Shown piece after piece: positions 12,704 through 25,254 of a DNA stretch of 64,000 nt (position 1 is its first letter; every line of letters begins with the position of its first letter). Below the pieces are notes generated by a model. It did not search any database, had not been told where the DNA came from, and saw only the letters and a program-made list of their open reading frames with translations. Source of the DNA: the human T2T-CHM13v2.0 reference genome, Homo sapiens. The translations under genes were made by a program, and so were the position numbers. Location: NCBI RefSeq assembly GCF_009914755.1, contig NC_060947.1. The stretch is one strand, 5' to 3'.

Positions 12704-13094
12704 TTTATGAGTTTCCTGTGACTGCTGTAAAAGAGTACCATGGACTAGGGGGCTTCAACAACAGAAATGCATTGTCTCCCAGTTCTGGAGGCTGGAAGTC
12801 CAAGATCAAGGTGTAGGCAGGGCTGGTTCCTTCTGAGGTATCTCTCCTTGGCTTGTAGATGACCGTCTTCTCCCTGTGTCTTCTCTTGATCTTCCCTCTG
12901 TGTGGCATTTGTGTCCTAATCACTTCTTACAAGGACCCCAGTCACACTGGATTAGGGCCCATCCTAATGACCTTGTTTTACCTTAGTTACCTCTTTAAAG
13001 AGCCTATCTCCATATATAGTCACATTCTCAGGTACTAGTGGTTAGGACTTCAACATATGAATTTTTTAGAGGGGACACAATTTGTTATATAACA
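12704..13094 (-). mobile_element. MLT1B-like MaLR LTR
   Basis: cagttctggaggctggaagtccaagatcaagg..ggattagggccc..aacatatgaatt. Confidence 0.8.
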
Positions 13095-13297
13095 GTTGTT
13101 ACATGGTGTGCTAGGCAGAATAATGACCCATCAGATATGCTCATCTGAATGCTTAGAACCTGTAAATATGTTACTTGATCTGGCAGGGGAGAATTAAGGT
13201 TGTAGATGGAATTAAGTCTGCCTCTCAGCTGACTTTAAGACAGGGAGAATATTATCAATTTTTTTGGGTGGGCCCAGTGTTATTTGTCACAGGCTCT

Positions 13298-13920
13298 TGT
13301 GGTTGGCTAAAAATATGGTACCCCAAAGATATATTCACTTATTATTTCCTAGAACCTGTGGATATTACCTTATGTAGGAAAAGAGTGAGTATTACCTTAT
13401 ACGGGAAAAGTGATGAAGGATGTTGAGAGGAACTGTTTATCCTGGATTATCTGGATGGGATAATTCTTGATAATTTTTGAAATCCTAAGTGCTATCACAT
13501 GCATACATATAAGAGAGAGCAGAGGGAATTTGAGACATACCCATGCAGAGGAGACAGCCATGTGAAGATGGAGGCAGAGATGGGAGTGAGTCTGCCACAA
13601 GCCAAGGAAGCCTGGGGCCACCAAAAGCTGGAAGGAAGAGGCCCCAGAGCCTCTCGGAGGAGTGTGGCTCTCTTGATGCCTTGATTTAGGATTTCTGACC
13701 TCTAGAACTATGAGAGAATACATTTCTACTGTTTTAACCCATTATGCTGGAGGTTGCAGATTTTTTTGTGTGAAAAATCAGACCTTGGTGATGACCTCGA
13801 GCAGTAGGATAGAAATAATTCCCACAAGCTTAGCGTTCCAATAGTGAAACACTAGGCATAAATGGATTAAACCACCAAATGTGTGATAATCTGTTATGGC
13901 TGCCACAAGGAACTAATACA
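13298..13920 (+). mobile_element. MLT1C-like LTR, itself interrupted by MER85
   Basis: tgtggttggc start, ccatgtgaagatggaggcagagatgggagtg, and ..ggaactaataca end. Confidence 0.75.
13738..13866 (-). mobile_element. MER85 piggyBac (PGBD3-derived) MITE
   Basis: TTAA TSDs at 13734-13737 and 13867-13870. TIRs cccattatgc / gcataaatgga. Internal aaaatcagaccttggtgatgacctcgagcagtaggat..cccacaagcttagcgttccaat. Confidence 0.9.
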
Positions 13921-15224
13921 GGTCCTTAAAAGTGGAAGAGGGAAGTTCAGGAGGAAGTCAGAGTGATGTGATATCAGAAGCACTCAACCTGCTGTTCCTG
14001 GCTTGGCTGATGGAGGAGGAGAGCTGCAAACCAGGGGCTGTGGGCAGCCTCTAAAAGCTGGAATCCCATGATCACAGTTCTCTGGCTAGGTCACCAGCTT
14101 CTCAAAACACCAATGACACAATGGTGCGCTGAAGAGTTTGAGAGGGAACCTTATGAAACGGTTCTCAACCCCTACTCCCATTTCTGCCTGGGTGAATTCT
14201 AGAGGTCCATGCATTTCCATGCAGTTAGGCACCATGTCAATACATCTTTCTCCCACTCTGCCCAATGCCTGGCACAGAATAGGTGTCTAAGGCATGTGGT
14301 GAATGAATGGATGTCATTCCGTATTATGTCCCTTTTTAGAAATCTTTCTATTTAGTTTCATATTAATATGTGTTCTGTTCTCTTAAGCCTCTGAGGCAGC
14401 TGGGCCTGACACGTAGGGGACTACTAGCGGTGAATGACCTCCAGAACTAGACCCCATCTCTGTCCTCAACGCAATGTTTTCTACATAATGCACATTCTTC
14501 ATAACTAATGTCATTTGATCACACAGTTATTTATATCTCAGAAGTCGATATAGTTTTCATTTTAGAAGATATATGTTCTTTCTGTTAATGCAGTGGTTTT
14601 TAAAAGTTTAATCTGTAGCTGTTCCACAATATCAAGTGATCATTTTAATGTTGATTGTTATCTGTTTCATTTAGCTTCGATTATTGTTACTAATAATGAC
14701 TCTTTATAATAACCTTCATTTAATGTTATGATTATCTATAATCCAAGCATAGACCATTGGGGTGGCTGTTTTAGGAGGACCCTTCTAGCTAGACATAACA
14801 GATGTTTTGCTTGTCACATTGAACTCAAGGAACAAGCTTGCTGAACTCTGACCACATAATAAAATACATATAATCATTTGAACAAAGTAAACATTGGTAT
14901 GTTGAATATTTAATTTTTTTCATTTTCATTATAAATATGCAATGTGTGTTATAGCAGCCAGAATGTAGGTTTTTGTTTTTTTTAAAAAAATGAATAAATA
15001 AAAATAAATATGCATTTTTTTAAGTGCATTTCATGAGATCTTCTCTTTAACTTCTTTGGGATAAAGTGATTATCTTTCATATTCTAAAGAATGTTTAGTG
15101 GATTTTCTTAGCAGCTATCAGGCTTTCCCTTGTAAGCTAGCCCAGTGGGCTGTGTTGTACTTCCTAATCCAAAATCTTTGAGTTGTAAAACATCCTAAAA
15201 GAAAACGACAGCATTTAAAAAAAA

Positions 15225-16160
15225 CATGTACTTTATATTTTAGAGGAGTTTTAAGTTTATAGCAAAATTAAGCAGAAAGTACAGAGTTTCCATATGTCCT
15301 CCTCACCTGCTCCCACACCCCCAGCCATCCCCACCATCAACATGAACCTAACACTGACACATCTTTATCACCTAAATTCCATAGTATACATTAGGGTTCA
15401 TTCTTGGTGTTGTACATTTTTGACAAATGTATAATCACATGTATCCACCATTATAGTATATCACACAGAATAGTTACACTGCCTTAAAATTCTCCTGTGC
15501 TTTACCCATTCATTCCTTCCTCCACCCAAGTCCCTAGCAACCACTGATCTTTTTACTGTTTACATAGTTTTGCCTTTTTCCAGAATGTCATATTGTTGGA
15601 ATCTTACAATATGTAGCCTTTCCAGACTGGCTTCTTTCACTTAGCAGTATGCGTTTATGCTTCTTCCATGTCTTTTTGTGGCTTAATAGCACATTTATTT
15701 TTATTGCTGAATAATACTCCACTGTCTGGATGTACCACAATTTATCCATTCACCTGCTGAAGTACATCTTGATGGCATCCAAGTTTTGGCAATTATGAAT
15801 AAAGCTAGGATAAGCATTCGTGTACCGGTTCTTGTGTGGACATAAGTTCTTAACTCATTTCGATAAATATCAAGGAGCAAGATTGCTGGATCGTATGGTA
15901 GGAGTATGTTGAGTTTTATAAGAAACCACCAAACTGTCTTTCAGACTGGCTGTACCATTTTGCATTCCTACCAGCAATGAATGGGAACTCCTCTTGCCCC
16001 CATACCCTCACCAGTATTTGGTGCTGTCAGAGTTCTGGATTTTGGCCATTCTAATAGGTGTGTAGTGGTATCTCGTTGTTTTAATTTAAAATTCCCTGAT
16101 AATATATGATGTGGAGTATCTTTTCCTGTGCTTGTTTCCATCTGTATATGTTCTCTAGAG
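15225..16160 (-). mobile_element. L1MC1-like 3' end
   Basis: agttttaagtttatagcaaaattaagcagaaagtacagag..tacattagggttcattcttggtgttgtac, then L1 3'UTR/ORF2 end. Confidence 0.75.
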
Positions 16161-16344
16161 GGGTGTTACAGCGCATTTTAATAACAAATATTTTAATCAA
16201 GACTTTTAAAAAACTGACAATCTTTTCAAATCTTTTAAAAAAGTCATCTTCTTTGTTTTGGTTGCTGTTTCCCGTTACCAGTAATAAGAAACATTTTGTA
16301 AAATCTAAAGTCTGAAATGAAATATATGAATCAAAAATGCCTGA

Positions 16345-16500
16345 TGTTTGGGAAGCACATTGATTAAGGAGATGGAGGACCTGGCTTCTCGTCTCATCTT
16401 GCCTCTAAGTGTGTGATCTTTTAGGCAAGTCACTTTCCTTTCTGAATCTTGGTGTCTTCTGTAAAGTAAAGGGAAGGACTAAGATGATTTCTAAAGTTCT
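16345..16500 (+). mobile_element. MIR
   Basis: gtgtgatcttttaggcaagtcactttccttttctgaatcttggtgtcttctgtaaagt core. Confidence 0.6.
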
Positions 16501-17589
16501 TGCGGCTGAGTTTCTTTTGTTTTTGTATTTTATGTCAGTCGCTAGAGTTACCACTGTCAACATATAGACATCTGAGCCCTTTGACTGCCTCATGATACAT
16601 TTAATATCGTTATCGTGAAAATTTTCCATGTTTCTTGTCCATGCTGAAATGAAGAGCTTTGAATGAGGCTGAAACCTAGCAACCAGCTCTCCTGAAATAT
16701 CTCATTGAATTTTTTTTTTTGTAGAGAGTATTAGGAGAGAGTATAGACGGCAAAAATGGCAACGATGCTTCAGTGTTAATTTCATTTGATGACTCACCTA
16801 TTCCGTCATCCAAAGATGGCATTGATCTAAATTGTGACCTTTTCTTCTATCTCATATCATTAAAATAATGCCAGTAAAAGGGCAGTGACTCACCACTGGA
16901 GCAGATTTTTCTTGAGAAAATTAGCAATGCATTGTCATGGAAAGCTTGGGCAAAGGGTCTTGTATTAACCTCACCTGGTGAGCAAGCAGCATCCTTTGCC
17001 CAGCTCATTAAGTGCCTCTTCTATAATATTTCCTGTGGATTCAATCTAGCCTGGCTATGTTATTTTGTTGATTCTCTCCCATTTTGGCAGTATTTCAGGC
17101 TTTGAATGCACAAAGTAATTTTCCACCAAATCAGTTGTTAATTGTCATTGCCTCCATAATTGGAAGGGGCTTAGGGAACTTGTTTTGCACTCTGGAACTG
17201 TCTTCATATGTAGTTTTTGGAAATAGATTTCTTTATGGACATATATATTAATTGTAGTCTCTACTTGTAGAAGTAGATACTTGGAGTGACAGAAGTGTTG
17301 AAGTTATTTTTTTCCACTTACCAAATGAGTACATCACAGGGAAAAAAAATCTAGGAGTTTGGGTCTGAAAAATATGGCCAGGTAATTATACGCAGTTTGC
17401 TTATTATTTTAACATACCCTAGTCTTATTAAATTATATGTCATGGCAATATTTAATAATAGCTGTCTCTTGTGTTTAATCTATGCTTCTCTAGCCTACCA
17501 AATTCTAGAAGACACTGGATGTAAGTGCTTATATTCCCTTTGGAAAATAGTAACATAACATTACATGTACTTGAAAACTTGATAAATAC

Positions 17590-17750
17590 CTCACACAATT
17601 GGAAGAAACCATCTCAAAATCATCTAGTCTCACTCTTCATTGTATCGATGAGACCCAGAAGGCAGAAGTAGCTTGCTGAGGGTCACACATCAAGTCATGA
17701 AAAAGCCAGGATGACAACTTAGTTCTCCAACTCCCAGACCAGCTCTCTTG
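17590..17750 (-). mobile_element. MIR
   Basis: gatgagacccagaaggcagaagtagcttgctgagggtcacac. Confidence 0.55.
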
Positions 17751-18584
17751 GTATCTCTTGGTATCTCCCTTGGCATCAGAGTTCTTGGGGATAATGTTGA
17801 GTGTTCAGGAGAATGTTAAATGATATTCTGTCTCATCTGCTTACGAAATGTACAACATATTTAAAAGCATTGCTATCACAAATGGTCTGACTGTATAAGC
17901 CCGTAGATTTAAAGGGAGTAAATTAAGATATTTTAAAACTTTACTTATATGTCCCTTCTTGGTCCTCAGTAAATGAGATGCTTTTAGATTTGTGCTTATA
18001 AGTCAGCAAGGTTGATTTCTACAAGATACACAAACAAATTTAATGTTACAACTTCATGGAACACCACACATGGACTTCTGCTGTGGCATAAAGTACTAAG
18101 AAAGGCTTTTCCCCAGAGTTGGTAGAAACAAAATCACTAATGTGTGATTAGAATGGATCCTTGGATCCTGCTGAATAAGGAGCCAATTAACACTTTTGGG
18201 AGGTAACATTAACTCTTGGATCCCTAGGCTAGGCTACTAGTTATTGTCTGTTCATCCTTTTCATAAATTCATTTCCTAGTAGATAGGGATTTTGTTTTCT
18301 CAAGAAGTTTACATACTTTCACAAGAAGCATGCCTGAACTAAAGATAAATAAGTTGACTATGTTTCAGAATAGTTCTAAATGAATTTTAAGAAAACTTAG
18401 GGCAATTCAATAATTGGTTGAATCATCCAACTAAAGTAAAACTTTGGAGGTTATAAATAGCAGTACTTACTGGTTTCAGTATCCATGGGGAGGAGTTGAT
18501 TAGATTGAATTCCATCAGTCTCACCCCAGTCTGCGTAATTCTTGAATTCATTTTTCTGGGGCTGATGCTGTAGAGGTCAGACTT

Positions 18585-19230
18585 TTTATTCATTCATCCA
18601 GATACTAATTTGTGAAATATTTAGTGAGTATATTCCATGTGCCATGTGCTGGGGGTACAGAGAGGCATGAAAGACATGGTGCCTGAACATGAATAGCTCC
18701 CAGACTGGAGAGGGAAAATGGCAAGTAAATGGGGATACTGCCTTTTTTGAGGGGTTCCAATTGATGTCTGCAGGTGGTAGGCAGATGGGAGTCAATTCTA
18801 TGGGGGGCACACAGGAATCAATTTCCCTAGGATCAGAGGAAGTTCACTAAAAGCTTTATAGGTGATATGACACTTAGTTGCTTGGAGAAAGTAATGGAGT
18901 TGGCAGTGGGAGGTAGGGGTGGGGTAGGATCTGGGAAAGGGCATTTCAGGTCCAGGGCAGAGGAGGAGGTGTGATACCGGGGTAGGAAAGGGTGAGAAGG
19001 ACTGGGGTTGGGGAGGCAACAGGACCAGGATACAGAGAACCCTGTGGACGCTGTGCTTGGCCAAAAGGGAAGGGACTTCAAAATGGCCAGAGCAGAGCTG
19101 CAAGGAGAGAGAGGACAGGGCAGAAGTGCAGGGCTACGGGGCAGGAAAGTAGACAACAGGGAGCCAGTGAAAGGTTTTCAGCAGGAGAGGGACAAGATCA
19201 AACCTGTACTATCAGAAAGCTTCCTTACCA
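18585..19230 (-). mobile_element. L2 fragment
   Basis: ttcattcattcatcc..gccatgtgctgggggtacagagagg (reverse L2 3' end) followed by degenerate L2 text. Confidence 0.55.
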
Positions 19231-22200
19231 ACAGCGAGAAGTGACACTACAAACTGTGCTGCAGTGAACATTCTGCTTGGGCATGAGGGAAACCATAGAA
19301 GAACAACCAACTTCCCTCCCAGGTGAGGAACAATGAGATGAACTATGGCCTATTCATGTGGCTGTTTACCATTCATAGTTCACAAAAGTGATACACCAGT
19401 TCTTTGTGTTTCAACATGTATAATATTGAGGGAGGAAGAGTAAGTTGAGTGTTTATGTTTAAAAGAGCTATAACTCCTAGTGGTTTTTTTTCTATTCTGA
19501 AGAAATGGAGTTATTCATCAGCAAGAACGATGTCATATATGGGTTCAGTGTTTTGCAGTTTACAACGTGCTTTCATATCCACTATTCCATTTGACCTTCA
19601 ACTCTGGGAAACAGGTAAAACTGGATTCATCTGCATTTGACAGATGAAAACACTGGGACACAGAGGGGACGGTCAAAGGCTAGACTGGAACTTTGTGTCC
19701 TCTCATCCTAGGTCAGAACAGGGCTGTCCCTACGGAAGAGCATTGTCTTTAAAGGATGACATGTTTGCTTTTGTTTTTCTTTGACGTATACTCAGCTAAG
19801 AGCCCATTTTGTTTTTGTCTTCTTTAATATTGAATGCAAACTTCACGTTATTTCACATTTTAAAATCTTTCATTTCTTCTACTATTTTCATACCTAAAAA
19901 CCAGACAGTAATTTGCACTGTTCACTTATTTTTTAAACAATTGCATGCAGCTGTTTCGATTCATCTTTAAAAGCTTATTTCCACAGCACATAACAAAGTT
20001 AATTAAATTGCTTTTTGAAGCAAGGCTGCTTTGTTTCCCTCTGCAAGATGACTCATGAGGTCTGACTGAGTCTCATTTATATTCCTCCCCAGCAGGTAAT
20101 TTAAATGTGATTTATACAGAAAGGAAAAGAAAGAGAACAAAAAAAGAAAAAAGAAAACAAATGAAGAAAATTACCCCTTGCTCACGTCTTTAACAAGTTA
20201 TTCTGGGTGTGGAGTTAGATGGGAGAAAGCTGCCATATTTCTTTCGGTGCCCAAACATTCTTGTTTACAGCAGCATTGAAAACTGGCATCTTTGTGCCCC
20301 GAGTTGTATAAATGGTGCAGGGAAGGCGGATTTTGGCTCAATCTGAAGAAACACTGATTCTCTGAGATGCCCGGTGGTGGTACCAGCTGGCTTGGGTGGC
20401 ATTGAGCTCCCTAATGCATGGGTGTGATTCTCTGACAGAGAAGGTTGCTTGGTGGTGTTGGGATGGGGAGGATACCCTAAAGGACTCTTTATTTATTTAG
20501 CAATGCATGGGTCCTGGCATATTGAAGGAATAGGAAGGAGCCCAGCCAGCCTGAATGGTGGGAGACTAGGGGAGGGTAAAGTTGGGTAGTAAGGTGTGGC
20601 AGGATGGTGGAGTTTCCTGAGTAGAAACAATATCCTGAATTAAGTTGTCATTTTGTCAAACATTTTTTATTTTATAGTTAGAAACTTCTTGGCAGTTGGG
20701 AACCACACAGTAGAAGGCAACGAATGTTTGCTGAATGCACACCTGCAGGATTAGGGACAGGAAGAATGGCTGAATGAATGGACACCTGCATGACGGACAG
20801 GGGTGGAAGGAAGAGCCATGGGAGGGATTCGGGATGCCTTTTCATGAATTTGGGAAAGTTGGCTTTGAACTAGGGGAAACTTGGAGCCTGCATTCACTAA
20901 TGTGGACATTGTGGTTTTGTTTTCTGAGTTGTGTATGGGCCAAGTGAGCATTTCACTGGGGTCTTCTAGTCGAAGTAGGTTTCAGGGGATGTCCAAGTAG
21001 CCTTTTTGTTTTATTTTTCCAGAAAGCCATCAAAGCGGATCTGCTGAAATATATTGCCATTCCCTTCCTAACTGCCCCATAACCCCGACAGTCTCTCCCC
21101 ATCCCTGCATCTGCCACTTTTATTTTTTTCCATTTTCAAGGGGTGTGTCTGATGGAAAAGCATTAACATTAGGGGAAGTATACAGTGTCATAGGTTCCAA
21201 AGGATGCTTTTGGCTAAAAGCACTCTGTCCTTTACAGTCCTCATGGGTGAATGGAGATAACACCCACGTGTTGCACATGGATTTGTACAAAGTTCAGCCA
21301 GATGACACGTGGGAGTTGCTTTGTATGCTGCAAGGGTGAATTCAAGGTGCCTTTATTTAGATTATTAATTCTATTTGCTGATTAATGGTTCTTATTTTAA
21401 AATGGATTCTTGAAAAGTACCCAAACAAAATGAAAATCCTTTGTCAGTGCTAGCATAGTCCACTTTTTGAGATGACAGCTTTCACTCAACGGCTACATTC
21501 TTCAGAAAACAACTGCAATCTAAGAATATGAGCCTCTAATACAACTACCTTTGAGTCTGCGCCCATTTCATTACCCTTCCAACCAGAGCACAATTACCTC
21601 CCAAGCTGTTTGCTGACAATGCTTATTCACCACAGGCCTGGGAATAGACAGACAGATCCAAGTCACATCACTTTACCAGGCCCGACACTCAGATGGTACA
21701 GCAGAAACCTCTTTATCATTTCCATTGGTCATTCCTCAAGCAAACTCTAAAAGAAACCCAACATTTTCTGTGTCCACAGAAAATGTTTCTCCCCAAGAAA
21801 ATGTTCCAAACTTTCCTCCCATCTGTGTCTTCTAGCTGTCAGCCCCTATGCTTTCCTTGCATGTATTTTCTTCTACATAGCGACTGAGTTCCAGCAGGCC
21901 TGACATTGGTTCTTCATCTAGTGCATTTGAGAAGTGAACCTCACTGCCACCCCAGGCCGTCAATACATAACTGCTGCTGAATATTAGGGATTAGCTGCAA
22001 AAGTCTCAGGAAGGCCTTCTCATCTTTCCGAGTATAACATTCTTTCCTACCAAGTACCTGCAAACAGTAAATAAAAGAATGATTCATAATATAATAACGA
22101 CTACCCCCTCATTATTCCTTAATCTTTTATTCATCTCCTTTATGAACTAGGGGCATATGCTAAAAAAGAAGATATTATTGTTCTTCCTGCCTCCATAATA

Positions 22201-22690
22201 AACAACAGTAATTATCTGGTGAAATGCATCCCCCTTCTCTACGGGGAATGACTGCTTCAGGACTTAACAAAATGAGAAATTATGACATCACTGAATCTAC
22301 TTTTAAAATTAATATGAAGCTCTTGTCACAAAAATATGGATCTTCCCAATGGGGAAAAATATGACTAACATCAAATGAATCAGAAATATGAAAGTGCCAG
22401 GCTGTCATTTACCTGAGCAGTTTGTTTTGGTTCTGTACGAAGGCACCTTGGAGGCATTTGGCAATTGGGAAAACAAGACCAAAAATCAAAATCAAAATCA
22501 AAACCAAACAAAAAACAGCTGCTTCCCAAATTCTTATTAGATGGCTGTATGTTCACTGACTTCTTATCAACAAAGCTGGAACCAACAAAGCTGCAGAAGA
22601 GATCACATAATCTTAGAGCCTGATGAATCTAGAAGTTTCTCAACTATTGTTTTCTCTCCTTTTGAAGAGAACCTCTTTTCCTAACAAACT

Positions 22691-22979
<289 letters not shown>

Positions 22980-24387
22980 CCCCATAACGTGGAGGGTTGT
23001 TATGGGAAAGTTTAGTGAGCACAGCTACCCTGGCTGAAATGCATGCACACATGCCTGTTTGTATGTGCGTGCATGCACACATGTATTGGGGCTTCAGGGA
23101 TACTCTCTCACACCCACCAATCCCACCTGCAACCCCTGAGTCTCTTTCTGGGAAGCTCATCACCTTGACGAGCTTGGAAAAAAGATTAGTCCATTGCAAA
23201 CTTACCTGGTAAAGGAGGGCATGGAGCTTCTCAGCTGGCTCAGGACAGGCCTGAGTCAGCTGGCCAAACCAGAACTACAGTTGGGCTGGGCCTTCCAAGC
23301 CAGGCCCACGTACCCCAAGGTGGGCTCCCAAGCTGGCCATTGAAGGGTATCGCTATCATTAGCCAGCTTCACATTTCTGATGTTAAAAACTTCCCTGCTC
23401 TGACATTAATGTGGACCCAGTCAGAATTGAATCCTAGGTATGAATAATCAGTGGTCCTTTTGTCTTTGATTAATTTAGTGACATTTATTCTAGAAAGGAA
23501 GCTTAGAAGCTGGGAATATCCCTCCTCATTAATAATAAATTTCCAATTTTGTAATATAAACATAATTCAAGACCCAATTAAAATGTCCCACTTTTTTTTC
23601 AGTAAGAAAAAAGCATTTATAACTTGATTAAATTGCTCACAGCATTTGGAATGGAGAAGCTTTGGCAGAGCTGGGCAGTCATATTTCAGAGCCTGTGTAT
23701 ATGGCATTATCTGCTCTGTATAGGTGGTGATAATGGAGCCAGCTGGGATACTGGATCATGTGCTATTTTTAGTGCATTTCTGAGACATTAATTCAATTTA
23801 GTTGATCTCTCCTTCAACTCAAGTGCTTGGCCTGCCATCGTTTAATTGATGAAACCTGGGACAGAATTAAAGGCTATCAAAATAAAGCTCAGGTTAACTT
23901 TGCCGGTCAGTCTACTGTCTTGAAACTAAACTACAGAATTAATAACACACCACCAGTTCAGTTCTCTGGCTAAGAGAACCACTATAGGTGCTGTGCAATG
24001 GGCTCCCCCAGTTCTGGAGCCATTGCAAAGGAAGGTACCAGGGTCTGGGCCAGGAGTACAGCTGACCTACCCCACACCATCTGCAATGCCCTCCTCTTTC
24101 CAGATCAGCCATGCACAGTCATAATGGAACCCAACCCCACATACCATCTGGCTTGGCTCTAGGTGAGCAGTGCTATTCACTTCAGTTCAACAAATTACAC
24201 CAAGTGTCTGTTGTTGACCAGGCTCTGCACATGGCATCAGGGACCTGGAGATGGATAAGCATGGCACTATGTGTGTCTAGTGAGGGGCGGAAGGACAGAG
24301 GCATAGATTGACAGGCTAATACCACTTGAAAAGTGCACCAAAGGAGGGATGGATGAGGTACTTTAGGGGCATAAGAAGAAAGCTGCT

Positions 24388-24700
24388 AGCTGGGCATGGT
24401 GGCTGACACCTGTAATCCCAGCACTTTGGGAGTCTGAGGCGAGCGGGTCACTTGAGCTCAGGAGCTTGAGACCAGCCTGGGCAATGTGGCGAAACCCCAT
24501 CTCTACAAAAAGTACAAAAATTAGCCGGGCATGGTTGCGCGCACCTGTAGTCCCAGCTACTCAGGAGGCTGAGGTATGAGGACCACTTGAGCCCAGGAGG
24601 CGGAGACTGCAGTAAGCCAAGATCGTGCCACTACACTCCTGCCTGGGTGACAAAGCCAGACCCTGTCTCAAACCAAAAAAAGAAAAAAAAAAAAAAAGAA
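24388..24700 (+). mobile_element. Alu (AluJb-like)
   Basis: Full dimer. TSD AGAAAGC(T/A)GCTA upstream (~24377-24388) and after the purine tract (~24870-24881). Confidence 0.9.
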
Positions 24701-24875
24701 AAGAAGAAGAGGAGGAGTGGGGGGGAGGAGAAGGAGGGGGAGGAGGAAGAAGAGGAGGAGGAGGAAGAAGAAGAGGAGGAGGAGGAAGAGGAAGAAGAAG
24801 AGGAGAAGGAGGAGGAGGAAGAGGAAGGAGAAGGAGAAGAAGAAAAAAGAAAGAAGAAAGAAGAAGAAGAGAAAG
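24675..24875 (+). repeat. Purine-only (A)n/(GAA)n/(GAG)n compound microsatellite
   Basis: ~200 nt of A/G with a single T at 24718. Confidence 0.95.
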
Positions 24876-25254
24876 CAGCTAACCCAGGCTTCAGGGCAAC
24901 AGCAGCAAAATCAGGGGTTAAGGGAAGCTTCTGGGGCAGAATGATGCCTGGGCTGTCTTTTGTAAAAATTAAAAATACACCCCCCCCCCCTTTTTTTTTT
25001 TTTTCCATCAGAGGACATGTATTTCTGCAATGGTACAAAGCAATGACTACTTCCAAAAACGAAAAATAAAACGTTGTGATGCCAGCACCAGAGACAACCA
25101 CTGCTTATATTTGAAGTGCATCCTTTCAGTCTCTCTATCATTTATCTCTCTATAGGCACAAATGCTTTAAAAATGTCATTAAGTCACTCATATAGTAAAC
25201 AACTGATTTGTTGCTTCCTTTTAAAAAATCTAACAGAATGAATAAATATCTGTT

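Larger units (their letters stand above)
13107..14063 (+). mobile_element. MLT1D-like LTR (13107-13297 and 13921-14063) interrupted by an MLT1C-like LTR
   Basis: tgtgctaggcagaataatg..aattaaggttgtagatggaattaag..gggcccagtgt. Resumes with ggtccttaaaagtggaagaggg. Confidence 0.7.

Noticed and set aside
20075-20102. Polypyrimidine-AG-CAG-GTAATT as a 3-nt microexon or recursive splice site
   Set aside because: It lies ~10 kb beyond the VMA21 poly(A) site with no supported host transcript. Such motifs occur by chance.
24587-25101. Poly-Glu/Lys, poly-Arg/Gly and poly-Ser ORFs
   Set aside because: Translations of the Alu tail and the GAA/GAG microsatellite.
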